Source: Coriobacteriia bacterium
GTDB taxonomy: Bacteria; Actinomycetota; Coriobacteriia; Coriobacteriales; UBA8131
Assembly (NCBI GenBank): GCA_009783085.1
Contig: WRHU01000002.1
Span: forward strand, 10,019 to 74,018
DNA: 64,000 nt
Direction of reading: 5' to 3'
Positions within the stretch are counted from its first letter, which is position 1, and every line of letters starts with the position of its first letter. A program made the position numbers and the translations under genes. Positions 28,565 through 36,132 of the stretch are shown here, one piece after another. The notes under the pieces were generated by a model. That model ran no database searches and was not told where the DNA came from. It saw only the letters and a list, made by a program, of their open reading frames with translations.

Positions 28565-28842
28565 ATGCTTGATATTGTCTATACCAGCAAGATGAAGCGC
28601 GCCTCAAACTTATGAAAAAGCGTGGCAAGGATATTTCTAGACTTACAGCTGTACTTGCGCTTTTAGCAAGCGGCGAACCAATGCCACACCAGTACCGCGA
28701 CCACCAATTGCGTGGTAATTTAAGCGACTTTCGAGAATGCCACATCGAAAATGACTGGCTTTTGATGTACCAGATTTTCGAGGATACTTTAATACTATCT
28801 GCTTCTGCAACTGGTACACACTCCGACCTCTTTGGGGAGTAA
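28565..28842 (+). pseudogene. yafQ: YafQ-family toxin gene interrupted by a -1 frameshift
   Basis: ATG at 28565 gives MLDIVYTSKMKRASNL-stop. Shifting one nucleotide after codon 12 restores ...KR(x)LKLMKKRGKDISRL...YRDHQLRG...ECHIENDWLLMY...TGTHSDLFGE, which is the 28612-28842 ORF in another frame. Confidence 0.7.
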
Positions 28843-28887
28843 GCAAGCCACTAAATGACGATGTGCCCAACGCTGCGTATGCAACAA

Positions 28888-28989
28888 CCTTAAGATTGCG
28901 GGTCAAGCCCGCAATGACGGGTAGCCAAATCCACACAATGACGAGTAGTCCAAGCCCGCAATGACGGATAACCACAGCCCGTCATTGCC
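28888..28989. repeat. REP-like repeat cluster, inverted relative to 26768-26819
   Basis: CCTTAAGATTGCGGGTCAAGCCCGCAATGACGGG contains the hairpin ATTGCGGG-TCAAG-CCCGCAAT (28895-28915). CAAGCCCGCAATGACGG recurs at about 28951, and the inverted CCCGTCATTGCC lies at 28978-28989. Confidence 0.85.
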
Positions 28990-28997
28990 AGCCAACG

Positions 28998-29092
28998 CTG
29001 CCCTGGCACGTCGATACCCATTACCTAAACAGCACTACCCTGGCACGTCGATGCCCATTCCTGCCTACCCCGGCACGTCGATGCCCATTGCC
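28998..29092. repeat. Three ~27-nt units; the last is the Nramp gene stop region
   Basis: CTGCCCTGGCACGTCGATACCCATTACC / CTACCCTGGCACGTCGATGCCCATTCC / CTACCCCGGCACGTCGATGCCCATTGCC (genic, encoding MGIDVPG-stop). Confidence 0.9.
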
Positions 29093-30351
29093 ATCATGCC
29101 AATGATGAGAGCCGTAAGCACTACAACCACAATAATAACGAGCCATGAGGATATGTTGGCAAATTTGCCGTTGGTGTAGGTGCCCATGAGGCGTTTGTCG
29201 TTAATGATTTTAATAAGAAAGAACAGCAAGATGGGCAGCAGAATGCCGTTGACAAATTGGGCGGTAAGCATGATTCCCAAAAGGTTTATTTCTGGAATGA
29301 GAATTACCACACAACTGAGAGCAATAACTGCGGTAATGATGCCCTTAAACGCTGGAGCCTCGCTCCAAGAACGATCTGAGCCGCGCTCCCAACCAAAGGC
29401 CTCGCAAATCGCATACGACGTAGTAAGCGGCAACACGCAAGCTGCCAAAAACGAAGCACCCAGCAAGCCTATGCCAAACAGCGGGATTGCGTAGCCCTTA
29501 AAAAACGGCACGAGCGCAAGTGCAGCCTGTTCTGCACTGTCCACCACAATACCCTGCGGAAACAGCACCGAGCCCGTAGTAATAATAATGAACCACACCA
29601 CCACGCACGCCACAAAAGCGCCTGCAAACACATCAACGCGCTGAAAAAACAGCTCTTTGACGTTGACACCCTTTTCTACCACGTTGCTCTGCCCAAAAAA
29701 CATCATCCACGGAGCAATAGTTGTACCAACAATGGCAATAATGAGCGCAAAGAACCCTTGCTCAAACACCACGTGCGGAACAACCGTGCTTACGGCAACA
29801 TCTCCCCAGTTGGGAGCACTCATAAACGCCGCAACCACGTAGACTAAAAACACCAGACTAATTATGAGAAAGATTTTTTCGATACGACGATACGAGCCAC
29901 CCATCAAAAGTGCCCACACCGCCAGCCCCGCAACGGGTACGCTCACGTACTTGTTTACGCCAAAAAGCTCCATCGCTGCAGCAATGCCCGCAAACTCAGA
30001 AAGCGTTGTGCCCAAATTAGCAACCAACAACGCAAGCATGGCAAAAGCAGCGAGCCTAATACCAAAGCTCTCGCGGATAAGCGCCGCAAGCCCTTTACCA
30101 GTTTTTGCGCCAAGGCGGGCAGCGCTTTCTTGCACCACCATCAAAAAGAGCATGGCAACAGGAACCGCCCATAAAGCGGCATAGCCATAAGAAGCGCCCG
30201 CTACGGAAAAAGTTGAAATGCCACCAGCATCATTACCAGCAAGCTCGGCGATAATGCCCGGCCCTGCTGCAGCCAACATGAGAACAATGAGCGGTTTCTT
30301 GCCCGTTGTTTTACTGGCTGCTGTTTTCTCGCTCGCCATTTTTTTAGTCAT
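29065..30351 (-). CDS. mntH: Nramp-family divalent metal (Mn/Fe) transporter
   Basis: 428 aa, polytopic. GPGIIAELAGNDAGGISTFSVAGASYGY and a QESAARLG-type Nramp N-terminal signature. AGGAGA lies 7 nt upstream of the ATG. Starts 24 nt downstream of mgtE. Confidence 0.88.
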   Translation of the reverse strand: MTKKMASEKTAASKTTGKKPLIVLMLAAAGPGIIAELAGNDAGGISTFSVAGASYGYAALWAVPVAMLFLMVVQESAARLGAKTGKGLAALIRESFGIRLAAFAMLALLVANLGTTLSEFAGIAAAMELFGVNKYVSVPVAGLAVWALLMGGSYRRIEKIFLIISLVFLVYVVAAFMSAPNWGDVAVSTVVPHVVFEQGFFALIIAIVGTTIAPWMMFFGQSNVVEKGVNVKELFFQRVDVFAGAFVACVVVWFIIITTGSVLFPQGIVVDSAEQAALALVPFFKGYAIPLFGIGLLGASFLAACVLPLTTSYAICEAFGWERGSDRSWSEAPAFKGIITAVIALSCVVILIPEINLLGIMLTAQFVNGILLPILLFFLIKIINDKRLMGTYTNGKFANISSWLVIIVVVVLTALIIGMMAMGIDVPG

Positions 30352-30375
30352 AGTTATATCTCCTGTTCCTGTTTC

Positions 30376-32295
30376 TTACCCAAAGAACAGGGTGCCAACG
30401 CTGCGTTGTACCAGCTCAACCATGACATACGTAAGTCCCAGTTGTACCAGCAAGCCAAACAGCATAACAGCAAAAGTCATGGAGGTGTTAGAAAGCTGCT
30501 TGCCTTTATCAAGCCTACGCCTGCTGTACGCAGTTATAAAAACACCTGCCAAAATAATCAAGAAGCTTGCAATAAGCGTGGGGATAAAGGCGGCCAAAAC
30601 CAAAGTCGCAACTCCACCCAACGACCCAACAAAGGTTGTGGCAGGCTCACCAGATAGCAAGACGCCTTCGCCTTGGCCAGCACTCGGCAAGCCAAAAGAC
30701 GTGCTCCCCAGCGCGAACATAACCAAAAGTCCAAAAACGAGTATCACCACAGCAACCACCAGGTTGCGCCCAAACAAACGAGCCATGGCGCTTGAGCCTT
30801 TTGAACCGTCATAGCTCAGCAGATCGCTAATAGAGAAGTTTACGGTGTTATCCGCCAAAATGAGTACAAAGGGCATGAGTACCAGCGCACCAGCAAAAGT
30901 CGAAATACCACCCGCTAACATAATAAGCAGAGAAACCACTACCCACACAATAAGCCACATCTCGCGGCGCAGCACCCAGCGCAGCAGACTGCTTACCCCA
31001 CGCGGGCCTTCCTCACGTCCCAAATCACCCACGTTTGCACCGGCAATTTGCAGGTCCTCGCTGTGCTCTTCTTCAATAACATCAAAAGCATCATCAACGG
31101 TAACAATACCCAGCAACTTGCCGTCCTCGTCAACAACGGGCATGGCGAGCAAGTCATATTTTGAGATGCCCTCTGCGACTTCCTCTTGGTCGGCATCGGG
31201 CGAAACCGTTCTTAGCTCCCGTACCGAAATATCAAAAATGCGTGTTTCTGGCGCTGCCAACACCAGCGAGCGCAGGCTCACCGCACCAATAAGGCGCCCT
31301 TGCGAGTCCACGGAGTATACATAGTGAACGGCATCATATTCCTCACTTTTGCCACGAATCTGCTCAACCGTTTCTGCCACGGTTGCATTTTCAGATACCG
31401 TAACAAAATCTGTGGTCATAATGCCGCCGGCAGTTTTTTCTTTATAACCCAGCAAGTTTCTAATGCGTGCCTGGTCTTGCACACCCATAAGCCACAGCAA
31501 TTTCTCCGCTTTTTCATAGGGCAAATCGCCGAGAATATCGGCGGCATCATCAGGATCCATTGAAGCAAGCAACTTGGAAGCCTCGGACTCGCTGAGGTCA
31601 TCTATAAGATCGCTTTGGTACTCTTCTTCCAGCTCGCTCATGGTTTCTGCCGCCTGTTGGCTGTCAAGATGGTCAAACACCTTGGTGCGCTGCTGGGGGT
31701 CAAGTTGCTCAAGAATGTCGGCGATGTCGGCGGGGTGCATGTCGTGCAGGCGACGGTGCGTAACGCTCAGCTTAACGTTTGAAAGGTCGCGGTCAACCAG
31801 CTCCATGTAGTTCCACGCAATGATGTTTTCCTCAAGCGGACGGCGCACAACTTTGCCAACGCCAGCAACGGCACGCTCAAGCAGCGGCGAGAGGCCACGC
31901 AAAAGACCGCGCATGCCCACTTCGGCACCTAATAAGCGCAACTGATCGTTACTTTGCGAGAGTTTGAGGTCGTTTACACGCACGACCTTAAGCCCCTGCG
32001 TGTCCACGATTTGTTTGTTGAGCAAATCGCGCGCAAGCAGAATCTCGTCTGGCTGGAGATAACTAAATCGAATGTTGTGGCTCGAGGTGTTGAGAGTAAC
32101 CTCGTCATTGCTAAACTCGGCGACGTATTTGCGCCACGAAACCATAAACGGCGTTTTAGCAGGGCCCTTAAAGGCAAGAGCAGTTATGCGGGGAAACACC
32201 TCGCCCGTTTGAATTGCGAGGTCGTTGATACGTCCAATTTCGACACCCTCCGAGTCGATAACAGGCGTACCAAGCATTTGAGAGAGATAAAACAT
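30376..32295 (-). CDS. mgtE: Magnesium transporter MgtE with an N-terminal PRC-barrel-like extension
   Basis: MgtE N-domain (HPADIADILEQLD), tandem CBS domains and a C-terminal MgtE membrane domain. ATG at 32295 follows AAAGGAGA. The ORF-track start at 32484 is rejected. Confidence 0.9.
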   Translation of the reverse strand: MFYLSQMLGTPVIDSEGVEIGRINDLAIQTGEVFPRITALAFKGPAKTPFMVSWRKYVAEFSNDEVTLNTSSHNIRFSYLQPDEILLARDLLNKQIVDTQGLKVVRVNDLKLSQSNDQLRLLGAEVGMRGLLRGLSPLLERAVAGVGKVVRRPLEENIIAWNYMELVDRDLSNVKLSVTHRRLHDMHPADIADILEQLDPQQRTKVFDHLDSQQAAETMSELEEEYQSDLIDDLSESEASKLLASMDPDDAADILGDLPYEKAEKLLWLMGVQDQARIRNLLGYKEKTAGGIMTTDFVTVSENATVAETVEQIRGKSEEYDAVHYVYSVDSQGRLIGAVSLRSLVLAAPETRIFDISVRELRTVSPDADQEEVAEGISKYDLLAMPVVDEDGKLLGIVTVDDAFDVIEEEHSEDLQIAGANVGDLGREEGPRGVSSLLRWVLRREMWLIVWVVVSLLIMLAGGISTFAGALVLMPFVLILADNTVNFSISDLLSYDGSKGSSAMARLFGRNLVVAVVILVFGLLVMFALGSTSFGLPSAGQGEGVLLSGEPATTFVGSLGGVATLVLAAFIPTLIASFLIILAGVFITAYSRRRLDKGKQLSNTSMTFAVMLFGLLVQLGLTYVMVELVQRSVGTLFFG

Positions 32296-32496
32296 ACTGG
32301 TCTCCTTTGCTGGTTCTCTTGCTTGTTGCTTTGAGAGTCTTTGTGGTGAGCTGGCTACCCTCAGCGGTCTTGACGACCCGGGCGGCCTGCCCTCAGCGGT
32401 CTTGGCTCGCTGGGCACAAGCTTCTTGACCCGCTGGGCGCAAACACGCAAACACAAACGCCCAAAACGCACGCATACTGCGCACTCACAAAACTAC

Positions 32497-32547
32497 AAAC
32501 AAAATTGAAAAACATCATGACAGTGACTGCCCCTTGGTCACCGTCAT
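32497..32547 (-). promoter_or_regulatory. Terminator-like hairpin inside the long mgtE leader (candidate attenuator)
   Basis: On the minus strand, an 11-bp stem ATGACGGTGAC/GTCACTGTCAT (32517-32547) is followed by GAUGUUUUUCAAUUUUG. It lies about 220 nt upstream of the mgtE ATG. Confidence 0.45.
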
Positions 32548-32873
32548 AGGAGACGCGACCAAAGGACTACTTACTGTGAGGATGGTCGTGATTGCTCACG
32601 TTTGTCCTTTCTTTCGCCTACAGAATAGTTTGCAGAGTGCCCATCGGAGTTTTGTGTGCCACTCTCGCAAACAACCTTGCGGAACGCGCGTATACTGCCT
32701 CCGCAAGCAATTCAAGTATTGTAGCCCTTTTGCAGCGCATTTGGCAAGTCCAGACAGAAAAAGGACAAAATGGTATTATGAATATAGCGAAAGCGGAGGG
32801 CAGTATCCTTCGCTGATGCGGGAAAAGCTACCGTACAAGTGTTGGTGTGTGTTGGCGTATGAAAGGAACTACC

Positions 32874-33218
32874 ATGGTTAATCCTCAAGAAATTCTCGTT
32901 GTTACAACCGAAAACGTTGCTGGATACCGCACGGTGCGTGTGCTGGGCGAAGTTTTTGGCTTTACCAGTCGCTCGCGCCATATGTTTTCTACCATGGGAG
33001 CAGGCTTTAAATCCATCGTTGGTGGCGAGCTGGGTGCTTTTACCAAGCTTATCGAGGAAACACGTGTTGAGGCAATGGCGCGCATGCGCATCAACGCTGC
33101 CAATATGGGAGCAAATGCCGTTGTTATGATGCGCTTTGATACCGAGAGCATGGCACAAACTGCCGGTGGCGTTGTGGCATACGGCACCGCTGTTATCCTT
33201 GAGCCTAACGAGGAATAA
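32874..33218 (+). CDS. ybjQ: YbjQ/UPF0145-family protein
   Basis: VVTTENVAGYRTVRVLGEVFG...GANAVVMMRFDTE...AYGTAV pattern. ATG at 32874 follows GAAAGGAA. Confidence 0.8.
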   Translation: MVNPQEILVVTTENVAGYRTVRVLGEVFGFTSRSRHMFSTMGAGFKSIVGGELGAFTKLIEETRVEAMARMRINAANMGANAVVMMRFDTESMAQTAGGVVAYGTAVILEPNEE

Positions 33219-33375
33219 GCGCTCAAGTCTGTTGTGTCGCTGAAGCACACGGCATAAAGTCTGAGCACCTTTGGGAACAAAGAGCTCGTCTGGCGCTAAA
33301 GCATATGGCCAGCACCTTTGGGAACAAAGAGCTCATCTGCTGCTGTGATACAATACGGTGCCTACAATTAAATAT

Positions 33376-33451
33376 GGGGATGTAGCTCAGCTGGGAGAGC
33401 GCGTGGTTCGCAATCACGAGGTCGAGGGTTCGATCCCCTTCATCTCCACCA
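33376..33451 (+). tRNA. tRNA-Ala (anticodon CGC)
   Basis: GGGGATGTAGCTCAGCTGGGAGAGCGCGTGGTTCGCAATCACGAGGTCGAGGGTTCGATCCCCTTCATCTCCACCA. Confidence 0.93.
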
Positions 33452-33462
33452 AACGTTAGCAA

Positions 33463-33491
33463 AAGGGAGCCTGTTTTGGCTTCCTTTTTTG
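33463..33491 (+). terminator. Intrinsic terminator after tRNA-Ala(CGC)
   Basis: AAGGGAGCC pairs with GGCTTCCTT (9 bp including one G-U pair), followed by TTTTT. Confidence 0.75.
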
Positions 33492-33599
33492 TGCGGACAT
33501 AGATGAAGGGGTCGAACCCGAGAGGGCGCACTCTCACTGCTCATCCTAAGAATCAAGCAGGTATCTAGTTTATTCATTGAGAGGTGTTACAATAACCTT

Positions 33600-34358
33600 A
33601 TGTTAATTGCCGAGGAATTATTGCTTCTTATCCACGATGATGAGAAGGGAAACGTCAATGTCTGGGTTGATAGCCTAGAGTTTCGCCTTGCCGAGATGCT
33701 CCTGCTTGAGCTGGAACATCTCCAGATGGTGTGGCTTACCAAAAGTCATGTTTCTCCCACGGGACAAGTGGTAAAAAAGGGCTGCGTAGTGGGCAAGAAA
33801 TCTGAGCCGCTTACTCACCAAGAGCTTGACCTTGCGCTGGACACAACCCTTGCTCAAGCACTCAAACCAGTGCAGCTTGTGCCTGCCTTAAGCATAGGGT
33901 TGTATTCTCGTTTGCTCCTTGGTTTGGTTGAGCAGGGCATCGTGCGTCGTGAGGATAAGCGCCTTTCTACCTGCTGGCCAATCATAGATCGTGGCTCAAA
34001 AGCAGCTACCCGTGCGCGCCTTCAAGCCGTTTTGCTCAATGGCGCAGCTCCCACGTTTGCTGACACTGCGCTTTTGGCTATTGCCCAAGACAGCGGGCTT
34101 GTTAGAAGTCTTGTTCAAAAAAACCAACGCAAGCAAGCAAAAGCCCGAGCCAAAGAAGTGGCCCTCAAAAACTGGATAACTGAAGCAACCAAAAAGGCCC
34201 TGAAAGCGGAGCGGGATCGAAATGATGATGGTGGTGGTGATGGGTTGCTGGATATTCTGTCTGCCATACGAAAACACGCCGAGCCCCATCAAGGCCGCTA
34301 CAAGGAACTATCCCGAGCGGCAAACAAAGAAAACCTGAAGCGTACCCGCCAACAATAG
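33600..34358 (+). CDS. GPP34/GOLPH3-family protein
   Basis: The MLIAEELLLLIHDDEKGN start is typical of actinobacterial GPP34-family proteins. TGTTACAAT (extended -10) ends 6 nt before the ATG, so the mRNA may be leaderless. Confidence 0.6.
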   Translation: MLIAEELLLLIHDDEKGNVNVWVDSLEFRLAEMLLLELEHLQMVWLTKSHVSPTGQVVKKGCVVGKKSEPLTHQELDLALDTTLAQALKPVQLVPALSIGLYSRLLLGLVEQGIVRREDKRLSTCWPIIDRGSKAATRARLQAVLLNGAAPTFADTALLAIAQDSGLVRSLVQKNQRKQAKARAKEVALKNWITEATKKALKAERDRNDDGGGDGLLDILSAIRKHAEPHQGRYKELSRAANKENLKRTRQQ

Positions 34359-34427
34359 CTGCCAGCCCAAGAGCGCTGTGCGCCCTCCAACACTCTCAAG
34401 ATAAACTCTGCTTTTGCCCCGGGCTTT

Positions 34428-35858
34428 CTACACAACTTCGTGCAGGGCATAGCGAAAATACGCAGCGCAGCTTCCCTCCGAGGAAACCATGCACGGACCA
34501 ATAGGATTTTGTGGTGTGCATACTTTGGCAAAAAGCGGACAAGCTAAGGGAGCCATAACTCCTCTCAAAACCTCACCGCAGCGGCAGCCCCGTGATTCCT
34601 TGGTGGGCTCTTGAAGCTCGGCAAGTTCTGCAGCAAAGCGCCGTGTTGCATCAAAGTTGGCATACTCCTCGCGAATAACATAACCCGAGTTTGGAATAAC
34701 ACCGAGCCCTCGCCAAGCTGCGTCATTTACCTCAAACACCTTGTTGATGGCAGCAAGCGCAGTGGGGTTCCCTTCCTGCATAACGGCACGCTTGTAGGCA
34801 ATTTCGATAGTGGGCTTGGCTGAGGTGGTGGACTCGGCAGGGTTGGTAGGGTTGGGAGGTTGGGAGGGGCTGGTGGCGGTAGCGCTCCCTTTGGCAGGCG
34901 CACCAGAGCCCTCAAGGCGCAGCAGCTGTTCGAGAAGCTGGGCGACACCTTGCAAAACGTCCACCGGCTCAAAACCAGTTATTACTCCGGGAATGTGATA
35001 CTTCTCCGCAAGAAAAGCGTAAGGCTCAGCGCCAAGAATGGTGCTTACGTGTCCGGGCAAAATGAGAGCATCGAGGGCTACCTCGGTATCGTTTGCAAGC
35101 GCCTCAAGCGCAGGAGGCACCGCCTTGTGTACAGCAAGCACGCTAAAGTTTTCAAGCCCGAGCGCAGCGGCACGCTCTATAGTTGCTGCCACGAGTGGTG
35201 TTGTGGTTTCAAACCCCACGCCCACCAGCACAACCTGCATATCTTTGTCAGTTTTGTTGGTTTTGCCGTCAGCGGATTTGCCGTCAGCGGATTTGCCGTC
35301 AGCGGATTTGCCAACTTCACGAGACGTATCGACTTTGCTGGCCTTATTGGCTTCGCCGGCAAGACGCTGGGCAAGTTTAATCGCATCAAGCGGAGAATAC
35401 ACCACCTCAACATTTGCACCCTGAGCCTTGCGCTCTTGCAGCGAGGTGCTTGAGCCCGGCACGCGCACCATGTCGCCAAAAGTAGCAACCACTACGTTGG
35501 GAATATGCGTAAGCGCAATAATGCGGTCAATGTCAACGTTTGCCGTAACGCAAACGGGACAACCTGGACCAGAAATAAGTTCAAGATTGAGAGGCATAAC
35601 CGAGCGAAAACCGGCGCGTGCAATGGCAACCGTATGCGTGCCACAGACTTCCATAAGCCTGATAGGACGGGGCTGCCCTGTTTGGTTAGGGTGCCCTGTT
35701 TTGTCGAGGTCGCCGGTTTTGTCGAGGTCGCCGGTTTTATCGAAGTCGCCAGCGCGCATGCGCAACTCCCCAATGCGGGCAGCACGTTGTTTTATCACCT
35801 CAAGCAAGTCTTGAACAAGCTCGGGGTTTTTGAAACTGGCAAGTAGGCTTTGGTCCAT
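34428..35858 (-). CDS. hypD: Hydrogenase maturation protein HypD (with low-complexity insertions)
   Basis: MEVCGTHT, GPGCPVCV, GFETT and PCMVSSEGSCAA motifs. 476 aa because of three repeat insertions. Confidence 0.9.
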   Translation of the reverse strand: MDQSLLASFKNPELVQDLLEVIKQRAARIGELRMRAGDFDKTGDLDKTGDLDKTGHPNQTGQPRPIRLMEVCGTHTVAIARAGFRSVMPLNLELISGPGCPVCVTANVDIDRIIALTHIPNVVVATFGDMVRVPGSSTSLQERKAQGANVEVVYSPLDAIKLAQRLAGEANKASKVDTSREVGKSADGKSADGKSADGKTNKTDKDMQVVLVGVGFETTTPLVAATIERAAALGLENFSVLAVHKAVPPALEALANDTEVALDALILPGHVSTILGAEPYAFLAEKYHIPGVITGFEPVDVLQGVAQLLEQLLRLEGSGAPAKGSATATSPSQPPNPTNPAESTTSAKPTIEIAYKRAVMQEGNPTALAAINKVFEVNDAAWRGLGVIPNSGYVIREEYANFDATRRFAAELAELQEPTKESRGCRCGEVLRGVMAPLACPLFAKVCTPQNPIGPCMVSSEGSCAAYFRYALHEVV

Positions 35859-35895
35859 AAAAGTTCCTCGCTCTTACACCGTTTGGGCGATTTTG

Positions 35896-36126
35896 CTAGA
35901 CAGGGTCAACCAGCTCGGGAAACTGACGGATAAGCTCAAGCGTTTCGTTGGCAAACTCCTCGCTTACCACCTCAATACCATAGCCCGCATGGACGAGTAC
36001 AAAGTCGCCAATTTGTGCCTGCGGAATAAGGTCAAGCGCAATCTCGCGCGTAACTCCAAGAATATCCACCGATGCAATTTTATTTTCGTCCACTGTTGTA
36101 ATTTTGGCAGGAATGGCAAGGCACAT
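35896..36126 (-). CDS. hypC: Hydrogenase assembly chaperone HypC/HupF
   Basis: MCLAIPAKI N-terminus with conserved Cys2. 76 aa. Confidence 0.9.
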   Translation of the reverse strand: MCLAIPAKITTVDENKIASVDILGVTREIALDLIPQAQIGDFVLVHAGYGIEVVSEEFANETLELIRQFPELVDPV

Positions 36127-36132
36127 ACCCGT

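Noticed and set aside
25649-29064. Integrated prophage or ICE at tRNA-Ser
   Set aside because: There is no integrase, recombinase, phage or conjugation gene, and no direct repeat of the tRNA 3' end. Only an inverted fragment and REP-like inverted repeats are present. It is reported as an accessory module, not as a mobile element call.
32296-32484. N-terminal extension of MgtE (ORF-track start at 32484)
   Set aside because: The extension (MRSMRAFWAFVFACLRPAGQEACAQ...) is Arg/Ala-rich and non-conserved-looking, and it is encoded by the tandem-repeat leader. The ATG at 32295 has a good RBS and begins the conserved PRC-barrel-like sequence.
32296-32720. Calling the mgtE leader an M-box riboswitch
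   Set aside because: I could not find the conserved M-box core strings by eye. Only the terminator-like hairpin and the genomic context support a regulatory leader, so it is reported as a candidate only.
33223-33537. 104-aa minus-strand ORF
   Set aside because: It is read through the complement of tRNA-Ala(CGC) and its terminator, so it is not coding.
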